Source: Atractiella rhizophila (Eukaryota). From it: DNA of 52,205 nucleotides. The stretch covers positions 62,001 to 114,205 of the forward strand of contig MU271262.1 in NCBI GenBank assembly GCA_021432655.1, in the 5' to 3' direction. Positions 12,905 through 23,320 of the stretch are shown in pieces; positions within the stretch are counted from its first letter, which is position 1, and each line of letters starts with the position of its first letter. The notes below the pieces were generated by a model. That model did no database searches, was not told the DNA's origin, and saw only the letters and a list, made by a program, of their open reading frames with translations. The translations under genes and the position numbers were made by a program.

Positions 12905-13486
12905 TCAATTGAGTAAACTAGCAATCGAACCAGGCTTCGGTTTGTGGTCACGCGGTGCGGAGGGATCCATTGGATTCATCAGACTCGAAATAGATCCCTT
13001 TCTCCCTTCCCCTTTCGCACTTGCTGTGGCAGTCACAGGCGGTGACGGACTGAGAGAAGGACTGAGGTTAGGTTGGACCTGTGAACGCCTAGGGACCATA
13101 TCGCGCGCCGAGAGAGTCGTGCCTAGGTTCCGCTTATCATAGAAAAACTGGCCATGACCATCGTCGTTGGAAGAGGAAGGACTGCATGATCCGTTTGAAA
13201 CAGAACGAGCATAGGGATACGGTTGAGGTCTTGCTACTGCAACGGCAACCTGATGCTCTTCTTTCTCCTGCCGCAGAACAGCATGAAGGATGGCGCGGAA
13301 AAGGGCATGCTCTGGGATTTCAGCGTCGAGGATCGTATCGTCGATCGTCCCTCGAAACATCTCCACGGTGCCTTTGCGGCAAAAGTTGAGATAATGACTG
13401 TAGTTCTTGAGTGTTGTGGAGGAGATCTTAGTCTTTTCAGAGTGCTTGCCGACATTGGGCGACTTAAATGACGAATAGAATCCCAT
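12905..13486 (-). pseudogene. 5'-truncated duplicate of the last exon of the Crypton-like gene, fused in frame to an ATG from antisense NAT sequence
   Basis: Identical in protein to 14852..15385 from EKTKISS onward. The N-terminal MGFYSSFKSPNVGKHS derives from across the duplication junction. Confidence 0.7.
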
Positions 13487-14002
13487 TGATACATGGTCAC
13501 CGCGTACCCACTCTTCTTCCGTCTGATACTTTCATCATTCGTAACGAATCCTTGCAAGGGGCAGACGACCTGTTTCTCCCCCATCGCCCAAAGGGAACGA
13601 GCTGGATCCTCTATCGGCAATTCAACGAAGGGACAAGAGAACATCCCACGCCATTTGAATGCCCAACGGCGCACTTCCATGCTATTAGTGTGCCCTGGAA
13701 GGACTGGGAGACCCATAACTTGTTGGTCACCCCACACTCTCGCCTTTATTGAGGGTTTACTCATAATTACGTTGCATAGTAACGAATCCAAAAATCCCAG
13801 AGCGTCAATGAACTCCATCCTTCTCCTCGTCAAAGCATATCCAGATGGAAGACGGCTCACCCTTCTCGCAACGAAGATGAAAGAAGACAAGGCGGTAGTT
13901 TATTGGAGGAAGGGGAAAGATAAGATGGACGTGGAGGTGGTCGATTTGAGCGAGGACAGTATGGAGCTGGCACTCCACAAACACTTTTCCTACCCACTTT
14001 GA
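13441..14002 (+). pseudogene. Orphan duplicate of the NAT 3' exons, lacking the catalytic triad exons
   Basis: Copy of 11487..12048 beginning inside an intron, with several amino-acid changes (E>G, C>S, R>P). Confidence 0.75.
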
Positions 14003-14851
14003 TCGGCAGGCGTGAGCGCACTTTGCCAAATGCTTGATTCATTTCTACTGTATCCAAGCTCAGATCCAAGCTCAGATAGATCTAAGAAACTAACTCGGTT
14101 TACTGGCTGATGTCTCTCACATACGCTCGAGAGCTCTACCCTGGATCGAATCTGCACCTGTTACCCTATCCACAGTTTTGGGATCCCATAATTGATCGGG
14201 ACCAAAATAGTTTCGTCTCCCAACATTGACCACGTCCACGAAATTATAGCGGCAAGACAGTAAAATACAGCCCAAAAAGTGGCAGAGTGGAGAGCAATTA
14301 TTGATTGATGGGATGCAAGAAAGCTGAGACGACGTGGGTTGGCAAAGGTTGCTCGGAGGCTCCAGAAATGCTTTTGATGAGGTAAGTTCCTTTCCGAGGA
14401 AGATGATTGGGGAACGGGAAAAGTTATCCTTGCTCAACATCTTCTCCTGGGTCGCGCTATGAGTGCTATTGGAAAGCTTGCTCCTTGCGCGGGAGAGATC
14501 GAAAGCGTTGCCTCGCTCAAGATACCAAATGAATTTTACTTGTATCTACCGCTTGCATAGTCTTCCCTGTTTTGAGAAACAGGTTCAGTTGTCAGACATG
14601 TTGCGCAGAACTTGTTACGACGTTGGAGTCATATTTCAAGGTCATTCTGGATTTGTGGTATATTAATTGGTAGAAAATGGGCGAAGCTAGGTACAACGGC
14701 CTGAAATGATGGTTATGTACATGCACACAAAAGAATTATTGTAACAAAACAAACGATCATTGACACATCCAACGTCTCTACCTTGCTAACTTCTTGTCAC
14801 CAATGGTTACACCAATTTCACAAATAGAAGGAAAGAAATATCGTATGTCGA

Positions 14852-16432
14852 TCAATTGAGTAAACTAGCAATCGAACCAGGCTTCGGTTTGTGGTCACGC
14901 GGTGCGGAGGGATCCATTGGATTCATCAGACTCGAAATAGATCCCTTTCTCCCTTCCCCTTTCGCACTTGCTGTGGCAGTCACAGGCGGTGACGGACTGA
15001 GAGAAGGACTGAGGTTAGGTTGGACCTGTGAACGCCTAGGGACCATATCGCGCGCCGAGAGAGTCGTGCCTAGGTTCCGCTTATCATAAAAAAACTGGCC
15101 ATGACCATCGTCGTTGGAAGAGGAAGGACTGCATGATCCGTTTGAAACAGAACGAGCATAGGGATACGGTTGAGGTCTTGCTACTGCAACGGCAACCTGA
15201 TGCTCTTCTTTCTCCTGCCGCAGAACAGCATGAAGGATGGCGCGGAAAAGAGCATGCTCTGGGATTTCAGCGTCGAGGATCGTATCGTCGATCGTCCCTC
15301 GAAACATCTCCACGGTGCCTTTGCGGCAAAAGTTGAGATAATGACTGTAGTTCTTGAGTGTCGTGGAGGAGATCTTAGTCTTTTCCAGCGTTGAGACTGG
15401 CCCACTTGTATCGGAGAACCGCTGCCGTTTGCGAATGGGCCGCATGGCTTCAGACTGAAAGAAGAGCACGACTTTTAGAACCTATTGTCCACCATCAGCG
15501 GTTCCGTGAATGAAGCTTAATAAAGAATCAAGAGCATACTGTGATGGGATAGACCCTGAAAGAAATACATCAGGACCATGGCGGAAGAACCGGGGAGAGA
15601 TGAGAAACATACTGGAACGAGCGATCCTTGCAAAACTTGCCATACCGTTTCATGATGCTCTCGTAGCAATGAACCGAGGCTTTGCTATGTTGCCGGAAGA
15701 CGTTTCCTAGAATGGCTCCCACTTCCGCCTGCTGATCTGCACCACAGAGGTACAGTTCCCATTCCACCTTCTCGTCCGAATACAGCTTATAGCCTATTGA
15801 TCTCGCCAGATCTTTGAGGAATGTGACGGGATGAGAACGGGTGTTGACGGCAAGAGGATAGAAAGGCTCGTTTAGTCGACGTTCGTTATCCTCCCGCCTC
15901 CGCTCCTCTGATCTGATCTGAGCGAGGTTCCAAGGCGAACGGATGGGATCACTGGGATCAAACTCCTGCTTCAGTCTTCTTCGAACGGAGAGGACGTAAT
16001 CGTTGATTTCTTGGTCGGAGTCATCAGGACCCTTGTGCCAGCAATCGAAGAATTTGAAGAAAGTTGCCTGCATCTGTCCGTTCGCCCAATTGAGGTGTTC
16101 CACTTCCTCCTGAATTTTCTCAGGTCCAATTACACCTTCTTCGACACCTCTCTTCAAGTAGGCAAGGACGATGGTCCTATCGATCGGAATGTACTGAACA
16201 CGTTCAGCTGTGCAAAAGTTGCAATATCGCTGAAAAGCGAATTGTCGTCTTTGACCGAGATCAGGGCTCTGCTTCTTCAGTTGTTCGAGTTTGTGCCAGA
16301 AAGCATCGCGTGCTTCATCTTTCCAAGCATGGCTCGAAAGATCTGCCCACTATGTATGAGCCAGGGAAACACCGACCGAAATCGATGGGCAAGAGCTTTG
16401 GACGCACCGTTACGATCAAGTCCTGCGTCCAT
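14852..16432 (-). CDS. Putative DNA-binding protein with two Crypton/Ndc10-like (integrase N-terminal, SAM-like) modules and no recombinase catalytic domain
   Basis: Spliced reading: module 1 FAFQRYCNFCTAERVQYIPIDRTIVLAYLK; module 2 YESIMKRYGKFCKDRSFQVYPITVLKVVLFFQSEAMRPIRKR...KISSTTLKNYSHYL. Ser/Pro-rich tail ends SISSLMNP...SIASLLN. Three canonical short introns inferred; start uncertain. Confidence 0.65.
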
Positions 16433-17748
16433 CCCAAGCTCTTTCCCAGGTATCATAAGCATTCGAACCACTGGATCGACCTAGCGTAGAAGTCGCAAGG
16501 GCGTCGTAAAGGGACAAGGTGACCTTATAAACGTTCCAGCGCGAGGCAGGCGCCTGACCTCTAACTTAGGTAAATGAGATCCGGCAGCGGTTGGTTATGA
16601 TTCGGAAAGAGGTTTGTAAGATTTGCGCCATTCATCAAGTTTAGAGTTTGTACAATCTTCCTTCTGCCGCCCCGATCTTATATTTACTTTTAATTTGCCC
16701 ACACCTTTGGATACCAATCGATCACGAATTGGATCAAAATATCCTACTGATCAGGCAGCCTTCAAGCTTCATCCGTCTGCTGCTGTTCTCCATAGGGTGA
16801 AACTGTCCCGTGTTCCGTTTGTTATTTTCAATGCATAGATAAAACCTTAGTTCTCCACCCGAGTTTCAGACCTGCCCGACTGAAGGAGAAAATCGAACGA
16901 GGCACATTATTGAGCCAGTAAGCGCATGAACATTCAAACAGCGTTCTGCCTGACTCCACAGCGTTTCCAGACAACCAGTGAATTGTAGGAAGACACCAGC
17001 GTGCTCTAACATGCATCATTGTTTGACGATCATCGATGAAAGACGAACTGGATTGATAGCGTGCATTTTCGTCGACAGGATCGATGATTTGATTTGGAAG
17101 ATGATTTAGAATTGCATGTAATCAATCAGGCATTTCAGAACGCAATCGCACGCACCAAACCACAAACCCACAACTCGAACTACTTTCATAAAACTGCTGC
17201 AACTAAAGTTTGGAACTGAACCGCGCACGAATAAGCATGGAAAGATGGGCACTTGTAATTGACAACCATGCACAATTAACGCACGCAACCAAAATAGGTA
17301 ATAAGAATGCGAAGCAAAACATGAAGCTCTGGAAACTGGAGAAAATAGCACAGAATAACACGAATGACGAAAAAAGTATCAACAAACTGAACCTGTGGAG
17401 ACAAGAAGCACAGATTTACTTTCACTTTTTTTTTCCAAAAATCGAAGCAAGATTGGTAAAACTGAAAAAAAGTTAGCGGCTGTATGAGGTATTGCAAACC
17501 AAAAGACCAAACAAATAATCGATACTTTTAGCTTGATGGATGGAGAGTTAGAGTTGAATCTGTCGTGGGTTCTGGAGAGATAGCTTGGAAACAATTCGAG
17601 ACAATAAGGAAGCAAGGTTGAGAAGGAGGCGGTCGTAAGCTTCATCGTCCATCGTCAGGGAATAGAGATAAAACTAATAATTGATAATCGTTCCGCCGCA
17701 CCGATAAAAATTGATAAATCACTCCAGCGTCGTCGTCCAATGTCGGTC

Positions 17749-20042
17749 GTCAAACAGAAAGAGTAGGGAGAATTAACAACTCGAAGAGCTGAAGATGCTT
17801 CAAATCGAAGAAGCATTCTTCAGCCGGCCGAGATGTAAAGGGTGGTAGTCTATGTTGTTCCGCTCGGGCATCCAGAACGAAGGACCTGTTGCGGAGAAGA
17901 GAAAGATGCGGACCCGAAGTTGCGCTTTACCAAGGGTTCGACGTCCTGTGGAATTGAGCTCGATTCGGGACTTTAGGAGTTGAGATCCTCTTGAGTTGTT
18001 CGTAGCCTCTCATCCTCGCGATCAAGTTCGCCGTTCGCTCCTTCTCAATCCTCTCCAGTTCCTTGATCTGCATCTCCAGCTGCTCCCTCTCGAGGAACTC
18101 CAAATCCTTCTTCTCTTCCGCTAACATCTGTTTCAACATCTCCTCCCCATCTCTTCGCGGCATGCGATTAACAGGATGGGGCGTGGAGTTTGACCTTACA
18201 CGAATGCGTGGGGTGGGGTGAGCGGATTGGGTTTGGCGTCTCCTGATCTCCTGAAGGTGAACAAAATCGGTAGTCAAGGAGGGGAGGGATGAGTCGATGA
18301 CTGGAGTCTGGAGCACGCGAGAAGGCCGAGGGGTCAGTTGTGACATGCGAGGGGTTGTAGAGGAAGGGTGAAGAGCTGACATCTGAGGCGTTGTCGAGTT
18401 GCGATGTTGTGGAGTTGGGCGAGCAGAAAGAGAGGTAAGCGGAGCAGTTCGAATGGATGGGCGAGGAGTTAGAGGCGACCGCTGCGTTACAAGTCAGTCA
18501 ATACTCCAAAAAGGTGTCAACGGTCTTACTACCACATCAAGGCCGTTCTCAGCCAGTATTCTGTTCAGCTCTTCCTTGTTCAGGTTGCTCTTGGAGAGAT
18601 AGCGAGCAAGAAGCTCCTGGTTATCGAAATAATACGGCTCTTCTCCTCTCAACTGTGCAGCCAAAATTGCACTGTTCGCGCCGAGTACATCGTACGCCTG
18701 AGAAAGGTCTGGTTCATTGTAGTCCTCCGACAAGGAAGAAGACTCTTCAGATTCGGATACAGAGGCGCTTGACAGTTCAGGGGTGCTGGAAGACTATTCA
18801 ACGAAATAAGTTAGGATGCTTTGTGAAGGGATTTCTAAGACGGAGTGACCCACCAGATCAAAGTGAACCTTTCGATGCGAGGCTGGTGTCTGAGGCACCA
18901 AGGCCGGTTTAGACTTGGACTTCTTCCTCTGAATGGCGGCGATAATGTCCCTCTCTCTCTTCCGCTTCAAATCTTCGATTTCCAACAACCTCATCTCCAG
19001 CTCTCTTAGGGTCCTGTAAGCCTCCTGATCCATACCGCCAGTACCATTGGCAGAACGTTGCTGATTAACCGGCCTAGGGGGAACCGAAGCAGGTCTATCC
19101 CTCTCAAGGACGGCGTTAAGCGCATTCTTCAGCTGGGGTGCGTTAAGATGATACGGTTGCGGCCTTGCTTGTTGAGCTTGAACCTGGGCCCTAACTTCCT
19201 TTAACCTCATCTTCTCCCTCGCAATCTCAACCTCCCTCATCTTCAACTCTTGCTCCTTAGCCCAGGCTTCCTCCCTCTTCGATCTCCAATTCACCAACTC
19301 TGGCACTTCCTCGCTTGACGTCGCTCGAGGCACGGGTTTGAACATGGGAAGAGGAAGAGGAGCAGCAGCAGGGATGGCCACCGAAGCGGAACGATTGCGC
19401 TTGATCGCTGGTGTAGTTGAAGGTGGAACTTGTTTGTTAGGCTTCTGCGGAGACTTGAGAAGTGCGGAAATGGAGGGAAAGGCACGATGGTCCAACTTGA
19501 GATTGGTGGGATTGGGAGACTGGAACCTGGTCGCTGGGGAGGCATTGGTCGAGATGGACCTTGAAGCGGAGCTGGATGTAGAAGTGGAGGCGAAGGAGTC
19601 GGTAGGTGGATCGAGGTGGAGAAGTTCATAGAATAACTTCTTGTTCCTTTCCGCCACTGCTGCCTCTTCCTGCTCAGGGGTGAGATCAGCTAACCCTCCT
19701 CGTAGCTGAACGGAACGACGATTCTGTTGTCGTTGTCGAAGTTGAGCTTCAAGTTCCTGAACCTTCTTTTCTAGATTTTGAGCATGGACGGATTGGTGAT
19801 GTTGCTTCGTTCGCTCAAGGCCAGCGATTTTGCGATTGATGTCAGCAATGGTATCGTTTCTAGGAGACTATTACGAAGAATCATGTGTTAATCACAGAGG
19901 TCCTGATGGGAAGAACATAACTAGAACAGAGGAAGGGTGGACAAACGGTCGGTGGTGACTTGAAATTTGACTCTGGCGACCTTCCACCTAGAGGTGCATG
20001 CCACACCTTGCAGTTAAGGCCATAGTCTGGTTTACGTGACAT
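17749..20042 (-). CDS. Hypothetical coiled-coil/low-complexity protein, multi-exon
   Basis: Long same-strand ORFs 18794..19657 (open upstream to about 19860), 18494..18733 and 17927..18382, with several E/K/R/Q-rich helices and plausible splice signals. No family recognised; both ends uncertain. Confidence 0.6.
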
Positions 20043-21533
20043 GGCTGCGGATCACTTCGTCTCTCGAAGAAGGATGCAGAGGAGAGATGAGTCGGTTGGG
20101 AGGTCTGGTATTTAAGTCGACGAATGTCCGAGTCACCAAACTTTGAATGGGTGCCTGAGTTGAACGAGCAGCAGACTGTACTTCGGCTTGCCAACACGGA
20201 ATGTTCGGGAATCGCCTTTGTCGGTAATAATGTAATTTAGGATTGGAAGAGGAAAGGGAATAATAGTTGGTGTGCGGGTGGCGGGGTTGGGTGGATAAAG
20301 AGCGCGAATACGCAAGATAGGATGCGGTGTTGTCGAAAAAGGAAAAATCTATGGTTTGAGCGGGATATTTGTGGCCGAAAGATCTGATAAAGAGGATTTG
20401 TTGGATTGGATATGTTTCTGGTGGGAATTCCAAGGTCAATAAGAAGATATCAAGGCTTGAAGAGGTTCTCCGAGTCTGTGGCGTCCTATCTCCAATCAGC
20501 ACCAACAATTTCCTCAAAAAAGAGAGGAAAAAGTCTACGAACCTCATTCCATGGCGTTGGATGATAATCTCAAGCCAGGACAGCCATGACGGGCTGAGAG
20601 AAAGGGAGAAAAGGCTTGCCAAAAAAGTCAAAGTGGTCGTAAAATGTTGGGGGGTGCGGGTCCGCAAAGTTTCTTTAGGGTCGGCTTTTGTTTTTTGACT
20701 CACACGACACCGAGAAACAGCGTCGCGTTTTCGCTCCTTCGTCGTATTGTCGACATATAAACTTTTAGACCCAGCAGAGCTCTCTGCGAACCATCCGTCA
20801 CACCGCTAGGGGTGGTAAAGGGCTGGAGTACGGTATACGGTATATAATCTCCTTTGCGGATAATTCAAAGAAGGTGTTGCCAGCTTGCAAAATATTTGCT
20901 GAAATTATTTTGATCGATCGCCTTGCAGCCCAGATGTGTCAAAGACCTTGCCTACACCGTGAGTTAAGTGTCCCGCTCCGACACCCCTTTCAGCGGTCGA
21001 CAAAGTGACCCACTGTTGAAACAGGTTGAAAGGATCTGACTACTTGCTAAGTAACACCTCCTCATCAACTGGCGACACCAAGCAGACATTGAGAGTCGGA
21101 TTTGCGGCTCGTGTCGGCCTGCTGAAGGAACTTGCGCGCATTTCCGCTGTAAAACTAGATATTCCTGATGCAACTCCTGGCAACACTTCGTATGCAGTGC
21201 TGAGCCCACAAACTCCCCCACAGGCTCGTAATTCAGTGTTATAATGCATCAGGCATTTGACCAAGGCATATGAGCACCTGGTAACTTGTTGACTGGCACT
21301 CTGCTGATTCTCGATCAATTTCAGATTCAGACAAGGAAATCTCAGAGAACCGCGTGGCAGCTTTTCATGACACAAGTATTTGTCCAGCTCAAACATTGCT
21401 CAACTGTCTTAATGGTTAGTCCACCCGGTGATCTCTCTACGTGATGACGTTGACATGAACTGAGTGCTGTGTACTTATCAATGTTTATGAGGACATGCAA
21501 GAACTGACAAGGGAGAAAAATTTGTCCCTCATG

Positions 21534-21557
21534 AGAGCTAGAGCTAGAGCTAGAGCT
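21534..21557. repeat. Short (GAGCTA)n microsatellite
   Basis: gagcta gagcta gagcta gagct seen directly. Confidence 0.8.
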
Positions 21558-21839
21558 TCGAGCTTTTCATTCTTCTGAAAAACTCGATTCGAAGACTTTC
21601 TTCACGACACCACGCTTTTGATGCAAGCCTCGTTGTATCAAGTAATCTGATGCTATCTTTTTTTAACTCCAAATGTTTTTGGGATTGTACTTGAGAAAGA
21701 GCTAGCACTGCTCCAAATGATTGTTATGGATGGCCTGGCTTGCTTTTAACGATGAAGCCTGGAGCGATATCTGAAGGATCAGCGGCAAATTTAAACAATT
21801 TTTCAAGCTAATTATTGATGTGCTTGCAGGTCGAGAGTC

Positions 21840-23285
21840 ATGGACTTCAACCAGCTCGTACAACTTCTCGAAGAAACAAATAACAATGCACCGGAGCTGC
21901 AATTCATAAAGATCACAACAGCTTCCCCATGCGTCGGATTGATCTACGCCCAGGACTTGGCATTCTTCCAATCTGTTGGAATTTCCACAGCTCCCTCCAT
22001 TCCAGTCTGCAGTGATCGATTCGAAGTCTGTCCCCTACCAAACAAAGGATCTGGCGTAGTGGCGACGAGTACGATACCAAAATATACTCCGGTCCTGCAA
22101 ACTCAGCCTCTGATGTTCTTTCCCGGATTCCTGAACCTATCAACCCATTCCGAAACCTTTGCGCGTCATCTGGTATCTATGCTTCCACCTTACCTCCAAA
22201 ACCAATTCCTCGCACTGGGCAATTCTCACGGCGCAGACGACGGCGATTACTTCGGCCGGATCCTCACAAATGGATTCGTCATCAAACTCCCTCCAAGTTG
22301 TCCTTCAGGAGAGGAATATTACTTTCTGTTTCCCCCGCCGCTCTCCTCGATCAACCATTCCTGCTCTCCAAATGCAACGTGGGCATTTGAACCCCTGACC
22401 TTCACCCAGCGAGTGACGACGGTCCGACCGATCTCTGAAGGAGAAGAGATTTGTTTCTCTTATTTGGATGAATCCATTCCAAGTCGTCAAAGGTCAGAAA
22501 TTATAGACGCCAAGTGGGGATTCAAATGCGATTGTTGGGGTTGTTCACCTTCGCAGACCGAAAGGGGAAATGCAAGTAGACGAGAACTAACAGCTTTAGA
22601 AGCCTCGTTTTGCAGGAAGGAGCAGGCGAAGGGAGATCTGGACGTCCTGGTTGCGTGTTCAAGGGCATTGGAGATATTGGAGACTGAAAAAATATGGAAC
22701 TGTCGAAGAAAGTGGGCAGAGCGGTTGTGGAAAGAAATGTCTTCGCGGTTTCCAGAGGACTCAAAACTGAGGTCAGCAGCCTGGGACGAGCTGTCGACGT
22801 TATACAGAATCGAGTCATCCAGTTCTCTGCCATTTTCTTGTAGCCCATCGAGACGGAAGGGTTTCTTCCCTCCTCAAGTCTACGAACGCACTTTCAACGC
22901 TTATCTCGCCTCTCAAACCAACGTACCGTCAACGTTTCCACTCCTCACAATACTGCACGAAATTTCGGTCGGCGGTATACCTATTATTCTTTTCGGTATC
23001 TACTTCTCGCGAGATCACCATTGTCTCGCTCTCACTCCCCTTCGGGTCGACAGTGAGGGTATGATCAAGTCACTGGCACATTCTCTCAAAGGGCGGGAAA
23101 GAAAGCCGTCAGTCTTGGCCGCTTCGTTGGGTCAGAATCGTAGAGACTTTGGGATTTACGCGCTACGACCTGTGTGTCGTTTGCTTACACCACAGCCAAA
23201 CCATGCTTCTATGACTGAGAGTTGGCACACATCGAAGGAAGAAATTGTATTTGAGACACAGTCATATCACATGTTGCGTCTATAG
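21840..23285 (+). CDS. SMYD/Set5-like SET-domain lysine methyltransferase, single ORF
   Basis: KGSGVVATSTIPK, ILTNGF, INHSCSPNA, ISEGEEICFSYL and WGFKCDCWGC post-SET, followed by a helical region. Confidence 0.85.
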   Translation: MDFNQLVQLLEETNNNAPELQFIKITTASPCVGLIYAQDLAFFQSVGISTAPSIPVCSDRFEVCPLPNKGSGVVATSTIPKYTPVLQTQPLMFFPGFLNLSTHSETFARHLVSMLPPYLQNQFLALGNSHGADDGDYFGRILTNGFVIKLPPSCPSGEEYYFLFPPPLSSINHSCSPNATWAFEPLTFTQRVTTVRPISEGEEICFSYLDESIPSRQRSEIIDAKWGFKCDCWGCSPSQTERGNASRRELTALEASFCRKEQAKGDLDVLVACSRALEILETEKIWNCRRKWAERLWKEMSSRFPEDSKLRSAAWDELSTLYRIESSSSLPFSCSPSRRKGFFPPQVYERTFNAYLASQTNVPSTFPLLTILHEISVGGIPIILFGIYFSRDHHCLALTPLRVDSEGMIKSLAHSLKGRERKPSVLAASLGQNRRDFGIYALRPVCRLLTPQPNHASMTESWHTSKEEIVFETQSYHMLRL

Positions 23286-23320
23286 ACAAAGGAAAATGTA
23301 TGTATAAGGAGTCGCTTCCT

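Larger units (their letters stand above)
11486..15385. repeat. Head-to-tail tandem duplication, about 1.95-kb unit (11486..~13438 and ~13440..15385), roughly 99% identical
   Basis: 13441 onward repeats 11487 onward (offset 1954, falling to 1947 after a 7-bp indel). About 15 substitutions found by eye. The ORF track shows paired near-identical ORFs. Confidence 0.97.

Noticed and set aside
1..15385. RIP-like mutation of the duplicated segments
   Set aside because: Few differences, several are transversions, and they are not polarised C>T in one copy.
20032..20703. 223-aa minus-strand ORF
   Set aside because: Non-ATG start and pyrimidine-rich, UTR/promoter-like composition; probably the 5' region of the downstream gene.
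20900..21500. Possible small gene fragment between the coiled-coil and SET genes
   Set aside because: Only short ORFs with no recognisable homology or complete gene structure.
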